A stretch of DNA of 64,000 nt from assembly GCA_965215885.1 (NCBI GenBank), contig CBDCEW010000086.1, positions 20,579-84,578 of the forward strand, in the 5' to 3' direction. Shown one piece after another: positions 1 through 8,812 of the stretch. Positions within the stretch are counted from its first letter, which is position 1, and every line of letters starts with the position of its first letter. The DNA is from Candidatus Moanibacter sp. (GTDB taxonomy: Bacteria; Verrucomicrobiota; Verrucomicrobiia; Opitutales; UBA2987). The notes beneath the pieces are model-generated. The model was given only the letters and a program-made list of their open reading frames with translations, searched no databases and was not told the DNA's origin. A program made the translations under genes and the position numbers.

Positions 1-1
1 T

Positions 2-421
2 CTGCAAAAATCCGTACAAGCTCATCGACTCGCGCACAAACCGCCGTGCCGGTTTCGTGGTCAACGAACCCAGAAACCCTCGAAGCATCACGAACACGTA
101 TACCGCATAAGCCGGCATCCGCGGCCGGCCTGCCCCAAGATTCAATTCAGCAGCCAGAATATTCTCCTCCTCGATGTCCAGCTCCGGCAGCTCCGCTGTG
201 CGCCCTTCAAAGAACCTTCGATCTTCCAATCGAAGTTTCTTCTTCTCACGCGCATGGGCGTCCAGATCCTTCTCGATCGCCTCGATGATTTGCGCCGCGA
301 ACCCGGCCAATTCTTCAACTTCATCCAGAAAATCACGGAAATCCGTGTCTGGAACCGGCAGAATGAGGTTGCTAAGGGGCGTCTTATCGCTTTTGTTCTC
401 CTCTGTCGCACATGTTGGCAT
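2..421 (-). CDS. Probable transposase N-terminus (IS5/IS1182/ISNCY-like), runs off left edge
   Basis: Not in ORF track. ATG at 421 preceded by AAGGAG; reads MPTCATEENKSDK...GAGRPRMPAYAVYVFVMLRGF...RESMSLYGF, open to the edge. GRP motif plus helix is typical of transposase N-termini; IS-end-like GACCTTATCCGAAAAG near 549-564 on minus strand. Confidence 0.55.
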   Translation of the reverse strand, partial: MPTCATEENKSDKTPLSNLILPVPDTDFRDFLDEVEELAGFAAQIIEAIEKDLDAHAREKKKLRLEDRRFFEGRTAELPELDIEEENILAAELNLGAGRPRMPAYAVYVFVMLRGFLGSLTTKPARRFVRESMSLYGFLQ

Positions 422-680
422 GTTTAACTCCTTTCTTAATCTTAAGTTGTTAAACACTAGCATGTTGCGACACTTTTTATCAAGCCAAAAAATGATTTTT
501 CTCAAGTTTTTCTTGCGCCTTTTGCGCCTCTTTGCGGCCAATCAGTAGCTTTTCGGATAAGGTCTACCTAGTTAGAAATCGAGCTGACCCGAACGACGAA
601 GTCGTCCGGCTGGAGTTTGGCCTTTTACTAGATAAATTGCGCCCCTATCTTCTTTTTTTCTTCTAAAGTAAGTATTTAGC

Positions 681-710
681 TTGACTTGGATCTAGTTATT
701 TAACTAGATC
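681..710 (+). promoter_or_regulatory. IS promoter (-35 TTGACT) overlapped by perfect palindrome GATCTAGTTA-TT-TAACTAGATC
   Basis: 10-bp arms at 689-698 and 701-710, 8 bp upstream of ATG at 719. Confidence 0.6.
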
Positions 711-718
711 TATGGCCC

Positions 719-928
719 ATGGGATTCTCAACTAAAGTTCAAGTCATCAAGCGTAAATGTAGCGAACAGTGGTATATCAATCTGCCCTCCGCCGTGGCTC
801 AGGCGATGGAGTTTGGCAAAGGAGAGGTCGTGGAGTGGATTATTGCCGACAAAGGCCATCTGATCCTGGCCCGATCCCATGCCCCTCCCAATCCGGTGCG
901 TGTAAAAAAAACGGCTCCTCACTTCTAG
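719..928 (+). CDS. AbrB/MazE-like DNA-binding protein (IS OrfA)
   Basis: QWYINLPSAVAQAMEFGKGEVVEW matches the swapped-hairpin pattern. Confidence 0.7.
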   Translation: MGFSTKVQVIKRKCSEQWYINLPSAVAQAMEFGKGEVVEWIIADKGHLILARSHAPPNPVRVKKTAPHF

Positions 929-2337
929 AAACCTTGGAAGGGATAATTGGATCGTGTGCCAAAGCCTGTTCCACAGCGAGCTGCTTCAATCGCTTTAGAG
1001 AGCACATCTTGTGCACCCTTCTGTGTCTGGGCAGGCGTACTGTGACCGGGATCATCACGACGGGCGGACGCCAATACGATGATTGGAGCGCACACTACAG
1101 GATGTATTCGAAGAGCCGGGTCGACCCTGATGAGTGCTTCGCGCTTATCCGCGAGAAGATCGAGCGGATGCTCCCGCCCGGTAGGCCCATGGTCGTAGCA
1201 CTTGACGACACCCTACGGCAAAAAAGTGGAACTCGTATCCACGGAGTGGGCTGGCGCAGAGATCCCCTCGGTCCCAAATTCCAAGTTAACCTCGTGCTCG
1301 CCCAGCGATTCATCCAACTTTCCGCCGCCCTTGCCGCAGAGGACGGTTCGGCCCGCATGATTCCTATTGATCTGACCCATGCGCCCTCCGCGCGCAAGCC
1401 GGGGGCAAAAGCCACACAGGAGCAGGTCCAATGCTATAAAGAGAGCAAAAAGCAGCTCAAACTCAATCGACAGGCAATAGAGCGCGTTGCACTGCTCAGA
1501 GACTCTATGGAGGTCGAACGCGAACTGATCGTCGTGGCCGACGGCAGCTATACCAATGGAGACTTCCTCAAGGCTCTGCCCGAACGCACCACCATGATCG
1601 GGCGCATCCGCAAGGACGCTACGCTTTGCAAAATGCCCGGGCAGGCGCCCAAAACCGGACGCCGACCAAGCTACGGGCCAGAGATTCCCACGCCCGAACA
1701 GATTCGCAAGGACCAGGAAGTGCCGTGGGAATATGTGGAGGCCTTCGCGGCCGGTAAGCGCCACCGCTTTAAGGTCAAGAGGGTGAAGGATCTTTTGTGG
1801 CGCAAGAGCGGAGCAAAACGCCCTTTGCAGCTTTTGATCATTGCTCCGCTCCGATACCGGCTTCAGAAGAAGGCAAAGTTGCTCTACAGAAAGCCCGCTT
1901 ACCTGATTTGCACCGATCCCCAATTAGCGCTTGAAGAGTTTCTCCAATACTATCTTTGGCGCTGGCAGATAGAGCCCAACTTCCGCGATGAGAAGACCCT
2001 CTTAGGCATGGGCGAGGCCCAGGTCAGGACCGAAGCGTCCAACAGAAACCTTCCCGCCCTCAACGTGGCAGCCTACTCGATGTTGTGGCTGGCCTCCTAC
2101 CAATCCGATCCCAAGCGCCATCAACAAGGCATCTTCGAGCCGGCCAAGTGGCGCACCGATAAACGTTCCATGCAGGGCCCAACCACATCAGACTTACTGC
2201 AGCAACTCAGATACGAGACTTGGGCGGGCAGTCTGCGACCATCGAGTTTCTCCCACTTCGTTGATCCTAAAAGTGGTACCCACAAGTCGGAGAAACTCAG
2301 CCCCCATCTTGCCAGCTCCCTCTTTCAAGCCGCTTAA
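901..2337 (+). CDS. DDE transposase (OrfB), -1 frame relative to OrfA
   Basis: VVALDDT, VVADGSY and YLWRWQIEPNFRDEK (YREK motif); overlaps OrfA at an A8 run (904-911). Confidence 0.85.
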   Translation, partial: CKKNGSSLLETLEGIIGSCAKACSTASCFNRFREHILCTLLCLGRRTVTGIITTGGRQYDDWSAHYRMYSKSRVDPDECFALIREKIERMLPPGRPMVVALDDTLRQKSGTRIHGVGWRRDPLGPKFQVNLVLAQRFIQLSAALAAEDGSARMIPIDLTHAPSARKPGAKATQEQVQCYKESKKQLKLNRQAIERVALLRDSMEVERELIVVADGSYTNGDFLKALPERTTMIGRIRKDATLCKMPGQAPKTGRRPSYGPEIPTPEQIRKDQEVPWEYVEAFAAGKRHRFKVKRVKDLLWRKSGAKRPLQLLIIAPLRYRLQKKAKLLYRKPAYLICTDPQLALEEFLQYYLWRWQIEPNFRDEKTLLGMGEAQVRTEASNRNLPALNVAAYSMLWLASYQSDPKRHQQGIFEPAKWRTDKRSMQGPTTSDLLQQLRYETWAGSLRPSSFSHFVDPKSGTHKSEKLSPHLASSLFQAA

Positions 2338-2710
2338 GAATTAACTCGTAGTTTCTACGTGACTCGAAACGGGCCAAACTCCAGCCGAACGACGAAGTCG
2401 TCCGGCTACGGGTTGGGGGCACCAGCAATGGGCAGTGCGGAGGATAAATTGTAGCGAATTCTTCGGCTTCGGGTGTTGGACAAAATAACCAACATTCCAT
2501 TCTTCCATCCTTCCATTCTACTTTTCCCGCTTTCGCGTGTTTTCGCGTCTTTAGCGGGCAATACCTCCTCGAACGAGAACGACTTTCGAGGGAAATTAAA
2601 GAAATCAACAGGGAAAGATTGACTACACTTAATAGAAACGCGCCGGTTATTTCCTCGCCGTGCCTGATTCGTTGCTCGCCCTCCTACGTTGGTTGCGCTC
2701 GTAGGTTGAT

Positions 2711-3904
2711 TTAGGGCTTTCGGCGCGAGAAGCGGACTTTACTTTTCACCCCGGAGGGAGATTGGGTGAGGTCGCCGGCGTAGTGGTCGTCGCCGACGAG
2801 GATGAGGCTGTAGGTGGAGGAGGAGGGCTGACCGAAGACAGTGGTGCGGAGGGAGAAAGCCAGTTCTCCGGTCCGTGGATTCAGGTCGAATTCCGTAATC
2901 GCGATGGGCGTTCCTCGCGAGGCGGAAAAGGTGAGCGTGAAGCGGCCGTCATCGTTTTGCAGCTGGAAACCGGCCGATCCCATGGTGCCGCCGTGACGGA
3001 TGTGGAATTCGCCGGCCATTTTGTCGGAAACGGGGGTGGGGTCGCGGTAGAACCCGGTGGCTTGCCATTGGGAGAGGAATCCCTCCTGTTTATCCTTTTC
3101 GGGGAGGATGAAGAAGAAATCGCGCGTGAGGGAGGAATGCTCCCACGGAATCTGATCCTCGCCACTTTCCTGCATGACATCGACGCGGACACGCTTGAAG
3201 ATCGTTTCGATGGGCAGCGCGTCGCTCTGCATATGGGTGAGAAACCTCTCCGTGTAGAGCCCGTTTTTGCGGGTGCCGTCGGAGGCGTACTGTCCGGGCG
3301 CGGTGGCGAATGCGAGGAGGGTATTGGCTCCCGATTCCATGGCGGCCAATCCACTTCCCCGATCTTCTTCGAGGGGGGGCAGGTATTCTCGGCATGCGTC
3401 GATGATAAGGATATTCACCTCGTTGTCGGTCTCGTTAAAGAGCTGGGCGACTCGACGAGCATTGAGGAATTCCCGATCGAGATCGGGCGTGCTTCGGATT
3501 TTCCCAAAGGCTACGGGAACGAGGTAGTTGATTCCACCGAGCTGGAGCCCGTGTCCGGAGAAATAAAAGAGCCCGATATCGGCGCCTTCGAGGCGTTTAC
3601 GGAACTCCGCGAGGCCGTTCTCCATTTCAGCCAGCTCGGAATCTGCGAGATGGATGACTTCGAATCCGAGTCTGTCCAACGTGCGTTTCATCTCCCTGGC
3701 ATCATTGAGCGTGTTGCGGAGCGGGGAATCGGCGTAGGTTCCGATACCGATCACGAGGGCGACCTTGCGCTCGTCGCGCATCTTGGCGAAGGGATCGTCT
3801 TCGCCGATGAGGGGGAAGGATAGGGAAAGAAGGAACCCGCCGGCGAGGGAGGCGAGGATCAATCGCGGTGCTGAGGAAAATTGAATGGAGGGTCGTGACA
3901 GCAT
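2711..3904 (-). CDS. Secreted caspase-family (peptidase C14) protein with C-terminal beta-rich domain
   Basis: Signal-like N-terminus; ALVIG, YFSGHG (His), IIDACR (Cys), FATAPG, QIPW. Confidence 0.85.
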   Translation of the reverse strand: MLSRPSIQFSSAPRLILASLAGGFLLSLSFPLIGEDDPFAKMRDERKVALVIGIGTYADSPLRNTLNDAREMKRTLDRLGFEVIHLADSELAEMENGLAEFRKRLEGADIGLFYFSGHGLQLGGINYLVPVAFGKIRSTPDLDREFLNARRVAQLFNETDNEVNILIIDACREYLPPLEEDRGSGLAAMESGANTLLAFATAPGQYASDGTRKNGLYTERFLTHMQSDALPIETIFKRVRVDVMQESGEDQIPWEHSSLTRDFFFILPEKDKQEGFLSQWQATGFYRDPTPVSDKMAGEFHIRHGGTMGSAGFQLQNDDGRFTLTFSASRGTPIAITEFDLNPRTGELAFSLRTTVFGQPSSSTYSLILVGDDHYAGDLTQSPSGVKSKVRFSRRKP

Positions 3905-3911
3905 GATATAT

Positions 3912-4215
3912 CCTTACTATAACCGACTGTCGGACTTGTACGTGTTTAGCGTGATGGCAAAATGCCTTGGCTCGATGTTGGAAGCAAAGGGTCAAGCCTT
4001 AGAAGTGTCTGTTTTTCGGGGTCAGCCGCCTTAACAAATTGCCCTAAGCCTGCGAAGGGCGGTTTGTAAGGCCTGACCCCCTCAGCGAAGCGGAAAAACA
4101 GCCACTTCTTAAGGTCATGACCCCGAACGGCGAATAATTCTGCAAGAACTTTAAGACCATAAACCATCTCGCTAAACATGTACTCGGACTTGCCCGACAG
4201 TCGGTTATAGTAAGG
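3912..4215. mobile_element. Non-autonomous MITE (~300 bp)
   Basis: 22-bp perfect inverted repeat CCTTACTATAACCGACTGTCGG (3912-3933, 4194-4215) with further imperfect extension; no credible ORF inside. Confidence 0.7.
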
Positions 4216-4869
4216 CAGTGATATTCGCTTCAATCTCTTTCCAGACTCTCGAGTAGGAAATAAACCTTGGTTTGTCGACAATCGTGACCTTCAGAGTTTG
4301 AACGTCGACAAGGTATCGAAAATAAATATCGATGCTTGGGCGGACCGTAAAATTTCCTTCTGAGCCGACCGGCACGACGATCCGGTCTTCCTTCATCTTC
4401 TTCCGGAACCGTTCGATGTGGATCTCCCCGATATCGTTGAAATCCCGCTGCGTGATGGCCGGATCGGCTTGAGCGGAGAACAGGCTCCTCTTGGGCGGTC
4501 CGGTGGCCTCCCGTATGCGCGCAAGGGCGTCTTCCAGAATTGACCAGAATGTTTCTTCGGAGATCAGGGCGCGGCGAACGGAGCAGCGAAACGGAGAGCT
4601 TCTCAGTCTCGCCATCGTAGGAGTAAGCGGCCTTTATCGAACCCATCTCGACAGAGCCGGATGGGCCTTCTGGAAGAGAAATATCCGCGGCCAGCAGTTC
4701 CCCCCTGAGAACGGAAAAGGTGTCGGTGCTGACACCGGAAAAGACGCGTTCGGAAGCTGGTTGACTTCCCTCGCAAGGCACGGGAAATGAAGAGGCTCAA
4801 AGCAACCAGAAAGAGGAAACCGCGGAACTCGCAATGGGCACGAAAGAAGGTTGTGATAAATTGAGACAT
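4205..4869 (-). pseudogene. Secreted protein with two tandem ~75-aa domains, split by two frameshifts
   Basis: Signal peptide (ORF 4603-4869), domain 1 (ORF 4230-4781) and domain 2 (ORF 4205-4615) are collinear; both domains share PxGxxG...Y...LxV...P..IS...W..E. Confidence 0.5.
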
Positions 4870-4957
4870 CCTTATCGTTTAGTTTGCTTTACTTGAGAAA
4901 AACCGGGATTTGAAAGCTCTCTTCTTCCTCTAGTAGTCGAATGGTAAGAATATCGAT

Positions 4958-5672
4958 ATGGTAAATGGATTCAACCTTTTCTCACGATTGCTTATCCTTC
5001 TCCTTCTGACAGGACTTGCAGGTAGAGTCTATAGCGTGGATACGGCTGTCAAATCGTTGGCTGGTCTTGCCTCGCTCAGTGTCGTGGATCTGTCGGACCC
5101 GGACCTTCCTGTCGAGTACGCCTTTTCGGATGGAACGGAAGCGGGTCCGGAACGCCGTCTGCGCCTCCGGTTTCAGGCAGAGGAAAAGGTTGAAGTCCTG
5201 GTCGCTTTTCTGTCCAAGGATATGGAGCTGGATTTCTATCGCGACCGTGATCCCCAACTGTTTTCAGCGGAAAGCCATGAGGAGGAACCGGCGCCATCGA
5301 TCGTGGAATGGAGTTGGGAGGAGGAGCAGGACCCGTTCGATCTTTACGTGCTTTTTTTCGACCCTCAGGATCCCAACCTGGAGGAGATACGCAGGATTGT
5401 TGTCCTGAGCGAAGAGCATCGAAACGCGCGCAGCCGGAGACGCCAGCTGGCGGTGAGTCTGAAGGGAAAATTGAATCAGATTCAGGCTGAGCGCTCCCGA
5501 CTGATCGCGAGTGAAGGGCCAGTGGTGGCACGAATCGGGGGGTGCGCGTAAATCGTTTGGGGACCTGATCACGCGGAAGTTTGATTGGCAAAGGGATAGC
5601 GTGAGCACCCGATTTGGGGTAAAACAGACAGGCATCGTCATTTTCGATTACGAAGGGGAGGGAGAGGACTAA
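4958..5672 (+). CDS. Secreted hypothetical protein; probable frameshift in G6 run near 5537-5542
   Basis: Signal peptide; removing one G extends RIGG into ARKSFGDLITRKFDWQRDS...GED* ending at 5672. Confidence 0.55.
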
Positions 5673-5732
5673 TGTGTGTTTTCCGGCCGTGGCGAATATC
5701 GCTTCGGAAGGACTCTGATATATAAGAAAATT

Positions 5733-5880
5733 AACCACGAATGACCTCGCGCAACGAAGCCGTAGCAAAAAGAGAATAAGAGAACCGCAGATGCACGCAA
5801 ATGGACGCGAATGAAAAAGGAAACTCCTACTTCCCTGGGTAACCTCGTCGCGAACCTTGTCCCGAACCTTGTCGGTCGCA
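5733..5880. repeat. Dispersed ~140-bp intergenic repeat (inverted copy at ~22243-22390, partial near 8185-8232)
   Basis: Shared GAACCGCAGATGCACGCA..GGAAACTCCTACTTCCC..GGGTAACCTCGTCGCGAACCTTGTCCC. Confidence 0.8.
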
Positions 5881-5994
5881 ATACATTCGATACCATCCGT
5901 GCCCATCCGTGTCATCCGCGGTAAAATTCTCACTTGCTTCCTTTTTACTCACTTATCTCGTCTAACCGATTTTGGTAGATAGATTGAACCACTT

Positions 5995-8130
5995 ATGGAA
6001 GGCGATGAAGGGCGTTGGCTGAGGCGGCCTGAGTATTTGGTGTTACTTGCCTCTGCTTTTATAATTGCCAGTATCAGCCTCTTTCATCCGCAGCTGCGAC
6101 TGCTGAATTTGCAGTGGTATGATCTCGCCCTCAAAACCCACACTAAACTCGGCCTGGGAGCGGCGGTCAGTCCCCGATTCGTTCATGTTGGTATCGAGGA
6201 TGAGGATCTGCTGGGCCGCAATACCCTTGAGTCTGAATATGCCCTGGTTGCTGACGTTATTGAGAAGGTGAAGAGGCTGGGGGCTTCGGTGATCGGAGTG
6301 GATGCTGTTTTCAAGCGGGCGGACCGGAAATCGGCTGGAAAGCTGGTTGAAACGGCCATTGAGAACGGGCCGGTTGTGTTTGGCGAGGTGCTCCCGGTGG
6401 GTCCGGGAGGTTCCGGCAAAGTGATGCGCTCCTTCCCCTATCTTGAGGACGGATATCCCTACCAGGGATTCCTGAACGTGGAGGTTCAGGATGACGGCAC
6501 CTTTCGGGATTACCGCCTAGTTCAGGTTGTCGGTAAGCGAATACAAGCCTCCTTTGCCTTCGCCATCTATATGGCGGATCAGGGTTTGAGGGTAGAGGAA
6601 CTGGTGATTGATTGGCGAGGCGGAAGACTGATTTGGGAGATTTATGATGGGGAGAGCGGGACGTTTATTCCCCGGATTATCGGAGTCAAACCTGCCTACC
6701 TGAATTTCAAGGGGCCGCTCTTCCCGAAATTGAATGAGCGAGTTGAGGCTCAGTCCATCGCCGCGAACTATTTTCCTTATCTTTCGATCCTGCAGCTCAA
6801 CAAATACGTAAGATTGGAGGAGGCAAACCGAAAGGCGCGTGGAGAGAAGGCGGGAAGAGATCCTTCGGAACTCCCGCTAGCCGGCAGGATCGTCCTGATC
6901 TCCTATGCCGTCACCGGGATTTCGGACATCGGGAGCACACCGTTCGGGGAAAACGAACCGTTGATTAGCCTGCACCTGAATGCCCTGAGCGGGCTCTTTG
7001 AAGAAGAATTGATCGAGGAGGCGGGAATTCGCATGCAGATCGTTTTCTTTACTGTATGCATCGGAGCAATGCTCCTCCTCACCCGGATTCGCAGGACATT
7101 CATTTTTCTCACCGGAACCCTTCTCACCGTCGTCGTGGTTCAAACCACCGCCTTCGGATTGCTTCCCTGGAAACAGATATTCGCTTCGCCCATGGGCGCT
7201 TCGCTCCTGCTTGTGGGAGTAGCGTGCACCGGGATCCTCCGGCGCTTTCTCCTCAACCTTTTCGAAAGGGAGCGACTCCATTCCACCTTTCGCCGCTACT
7301 TTTCAGTGGAAGTGTTTCGTGAAGTTCTCGAGAATCCGGATTCGCTCGAACCTAAAGTGGCGGAGATCACGGTTTTGCTATCTGATGTAAGGGATTTTAC
7401 GTCGATCGCCGAAAAACATGAAGTGCACGAGGTATTTGAATACCTGAACCGTATCTTTGAAATCGAGACCCGCTGCGCCTTGATACATGAAGGCAACCTG
7501 CAGCACCTGACCGGAGATCAGTTTCTCGCCTACTGGGGGGCGCCAAACAAGGAACCGGATCATGCCGATAAGGCTTTGCGAGCAGCATTGAAGATTGTCG
7601 CGGAGCTGAAGGATCTGGCTGGGGAAAATGAAGAAGACAGGATTCCCTTCTCGGGCTGCGGGATTGCGCTTGATACGGGAACCGTCGGGGTGGGGAACCT
7701 GGGATCGATCCAGAGGCAGGATTACTCAATTATCGGTGATTGCGTCAACGCGGCGGCACGCATAGAGGCTCTCACCAAAGTCTACCGAATACCGCTCCTA
7801 ATCAGTGAAACGGCTTTGAGTCACATGAAGGATAAACCGCCTCACCGTCTGATCGATGTCGTGGTGCTGAAAGGCCGGCAGGCACCCGTCCAGCTGTATG
7901 AAGTGGAAAGCGCGGCTTCGAGACAGCCTTTCGATGATCTCGTAACGGCTTTTTCGAAGTCTTTTGAAGTCTACCGGAGCGGGGATTTCGCGGCCGCAGA
8001 AAAAAGCTTCCACGATGTGGCAGCAGAGTTTGACGATCCCGTGTCCGCCGCATTCGCCGAACGATGCAGGGGATTGCAGTCAGCGCCTCCGGAAAACTGG
8101 GACGGTGTGTTTGTGATGACGACGAAGTGA
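5995..8130 (+). CDS. CHASE2 + 3TM + class III adenylate/guanylate cyclase
   Basis: CHASE2 motifs (GASVIGVDAVF, TPFG, LHLNAL); cyclase SDVRDFT, GDQ, GDCVNAAARIE; C-terminal WDGV. Confidence 0.9.
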   Translation: MEGDEGRWLRRPEYLVLLASAFIIASISLFHPQLRLLNLQWYDLALKTHTKLGLGAAVSPRFVHVGIEDEDLLGRNTLESEYALVADVIEKVKRLGASVIGVDAVFKRADRKSAGKLVETAIENGPVVFGEVLPVGPGGSGKVMRSFPYLEDGYPYQGFLNVEVQDDGTFRDYRLVQVVGKRIQASFAFAIYMADQGLRVEELVIDWRGGRLIWEIYDGESGTFIPRIIGVKPAYLNFKGPLFPKLNERVEAQSIAANYFPYLSILQLNKYVRLEEANRKARGEKAGRDPSELPLAGRIVLISYAVTGISDIGSTPFGENEPLISLHLNALSGLFEEELIEEAGIRMQIVFFTVCIGAMLLLTRIRRTFIFLTGTLLTVVVVQTTAFGLLPWKQIFASPMGASLLLVGVACTGILRRFLLNLFERERLHSTFRRYFSVEVFREVLENPDSLEPKVAEITVLLSDVRDFTSIAEKHEVHEVFEYLNRIFEIETRCALIHEGNLQHLTGDQFLAYWGAPNKEPDHADKALRAALKIVAELKDLAGENEEDRIPFSGCGIALDTGTVGVGNLGSIQRQDYSIIGDCVNAAARIEALTKVYRIPLLISETALSHMKDKPPHRLIDVVVLKGRQAPVQLYEVESAASRQPFDDLVTAFSKSFEVYRSGDFAAAEKSFHDVAAEFDDPVSAAFAERCRGLQSAPPENWDGVFVMTTK

Positions 8131-8430
8131 GTTTTGACGGCATTGCAGCATTTAATTCTGCCAAAAGGTGGAGGAACAACTAAGGATGGGCTAGCGCAAC
8201 GAAGCCGAAATCAAAAGAGAAAAAGAGAACCGGTCTGCCGTACGGCAGACCACGCAGATGGACCCGTCTCCGTCCTCCGGGCTTCGCCGTGGCATGCGCG
8301 AATAAAGAGGAAGGCACCACGAATTCGAGCCGTCTTCGCTGCACTGCGCCGAGCCAGGGAAAACCGCGGATTGATTCAACGTTCAACACCGGTCTTCATT
8401 CTGCACCGTGTCTTTCGCAGACGCAATCGA

Positions 8431-8617
8431 TCGCGGGATAAACCCGCTCCTACATTCTGTCGGATGGTCGAGCTGAGAATGGAGCCCTTGATTATTGCCA
8501 GGATGTAGGAGCTTAATCCATCGCGGGATAAACCCGCTCCTACATTCTGTCTGATGGTCAAGCTGAGAATGGAGCCTGTAATTACTGCCAGGATGTAGGA
8601 GCGGCTTTATGCCGCGA
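8431..8617. repeat. BIME-like array of GTAG-family REPs (90-bp period)
   Basis: TCGCGGGATAAACCCGCTCCTAC at 8431 and 8521; inverted GTAGGAGCGGCTTTATGCCGCGA at 8595. Confidence 0.85.
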
Positions 8618-8812
8618 TGGGAACTTCGGAGGGCTCCCGCATTCCTCTACCAGAGAAGTCTGTACTCAGCCGTAGCGGAATCCGGGAGGATTTCGGAAAG
8701 TCGGCCGCTGGGATTGAGAAGGGCTTCGTTTGGCCGCAGTGAGCCCCAACAGCAGAAATGCTTCCGCATTCCTCTACGCGCTCCTATGTGGCTCTTGAGG
8801 GTTCGTCCAAGT

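Larger units (their letters stand above)
610..2384 (+). mobile_element. Complete insertion sequence (IS4-superfamily/IS701-like) with 13-bp TIRs and 21-bp direct repeats
   Basis: CTGGAGTTTGGCC (610-622) / GGCCAAACTCCAG (2372-2384); identical CCGAACGACGAAGTCGTCCGG at 589-609 and 2385-2405. Confidence 0.9.

Noticed and set aside
769..900. Predicted N-terminus of the 522-aa transposase
   Set aside because: Overlaps the AbrB-like ORF out of frame and is not transposase-like; frameshift fusion is more plausible
2762..3823. 353-aa plus-strand ORF
   Set aside because: Antisense shadow of the caspase gene
8431..8617. Possible mini-CRISPR
   Set aside because: Linkers are near-identical and repeats alternate in orientation, typical of REP/BIME
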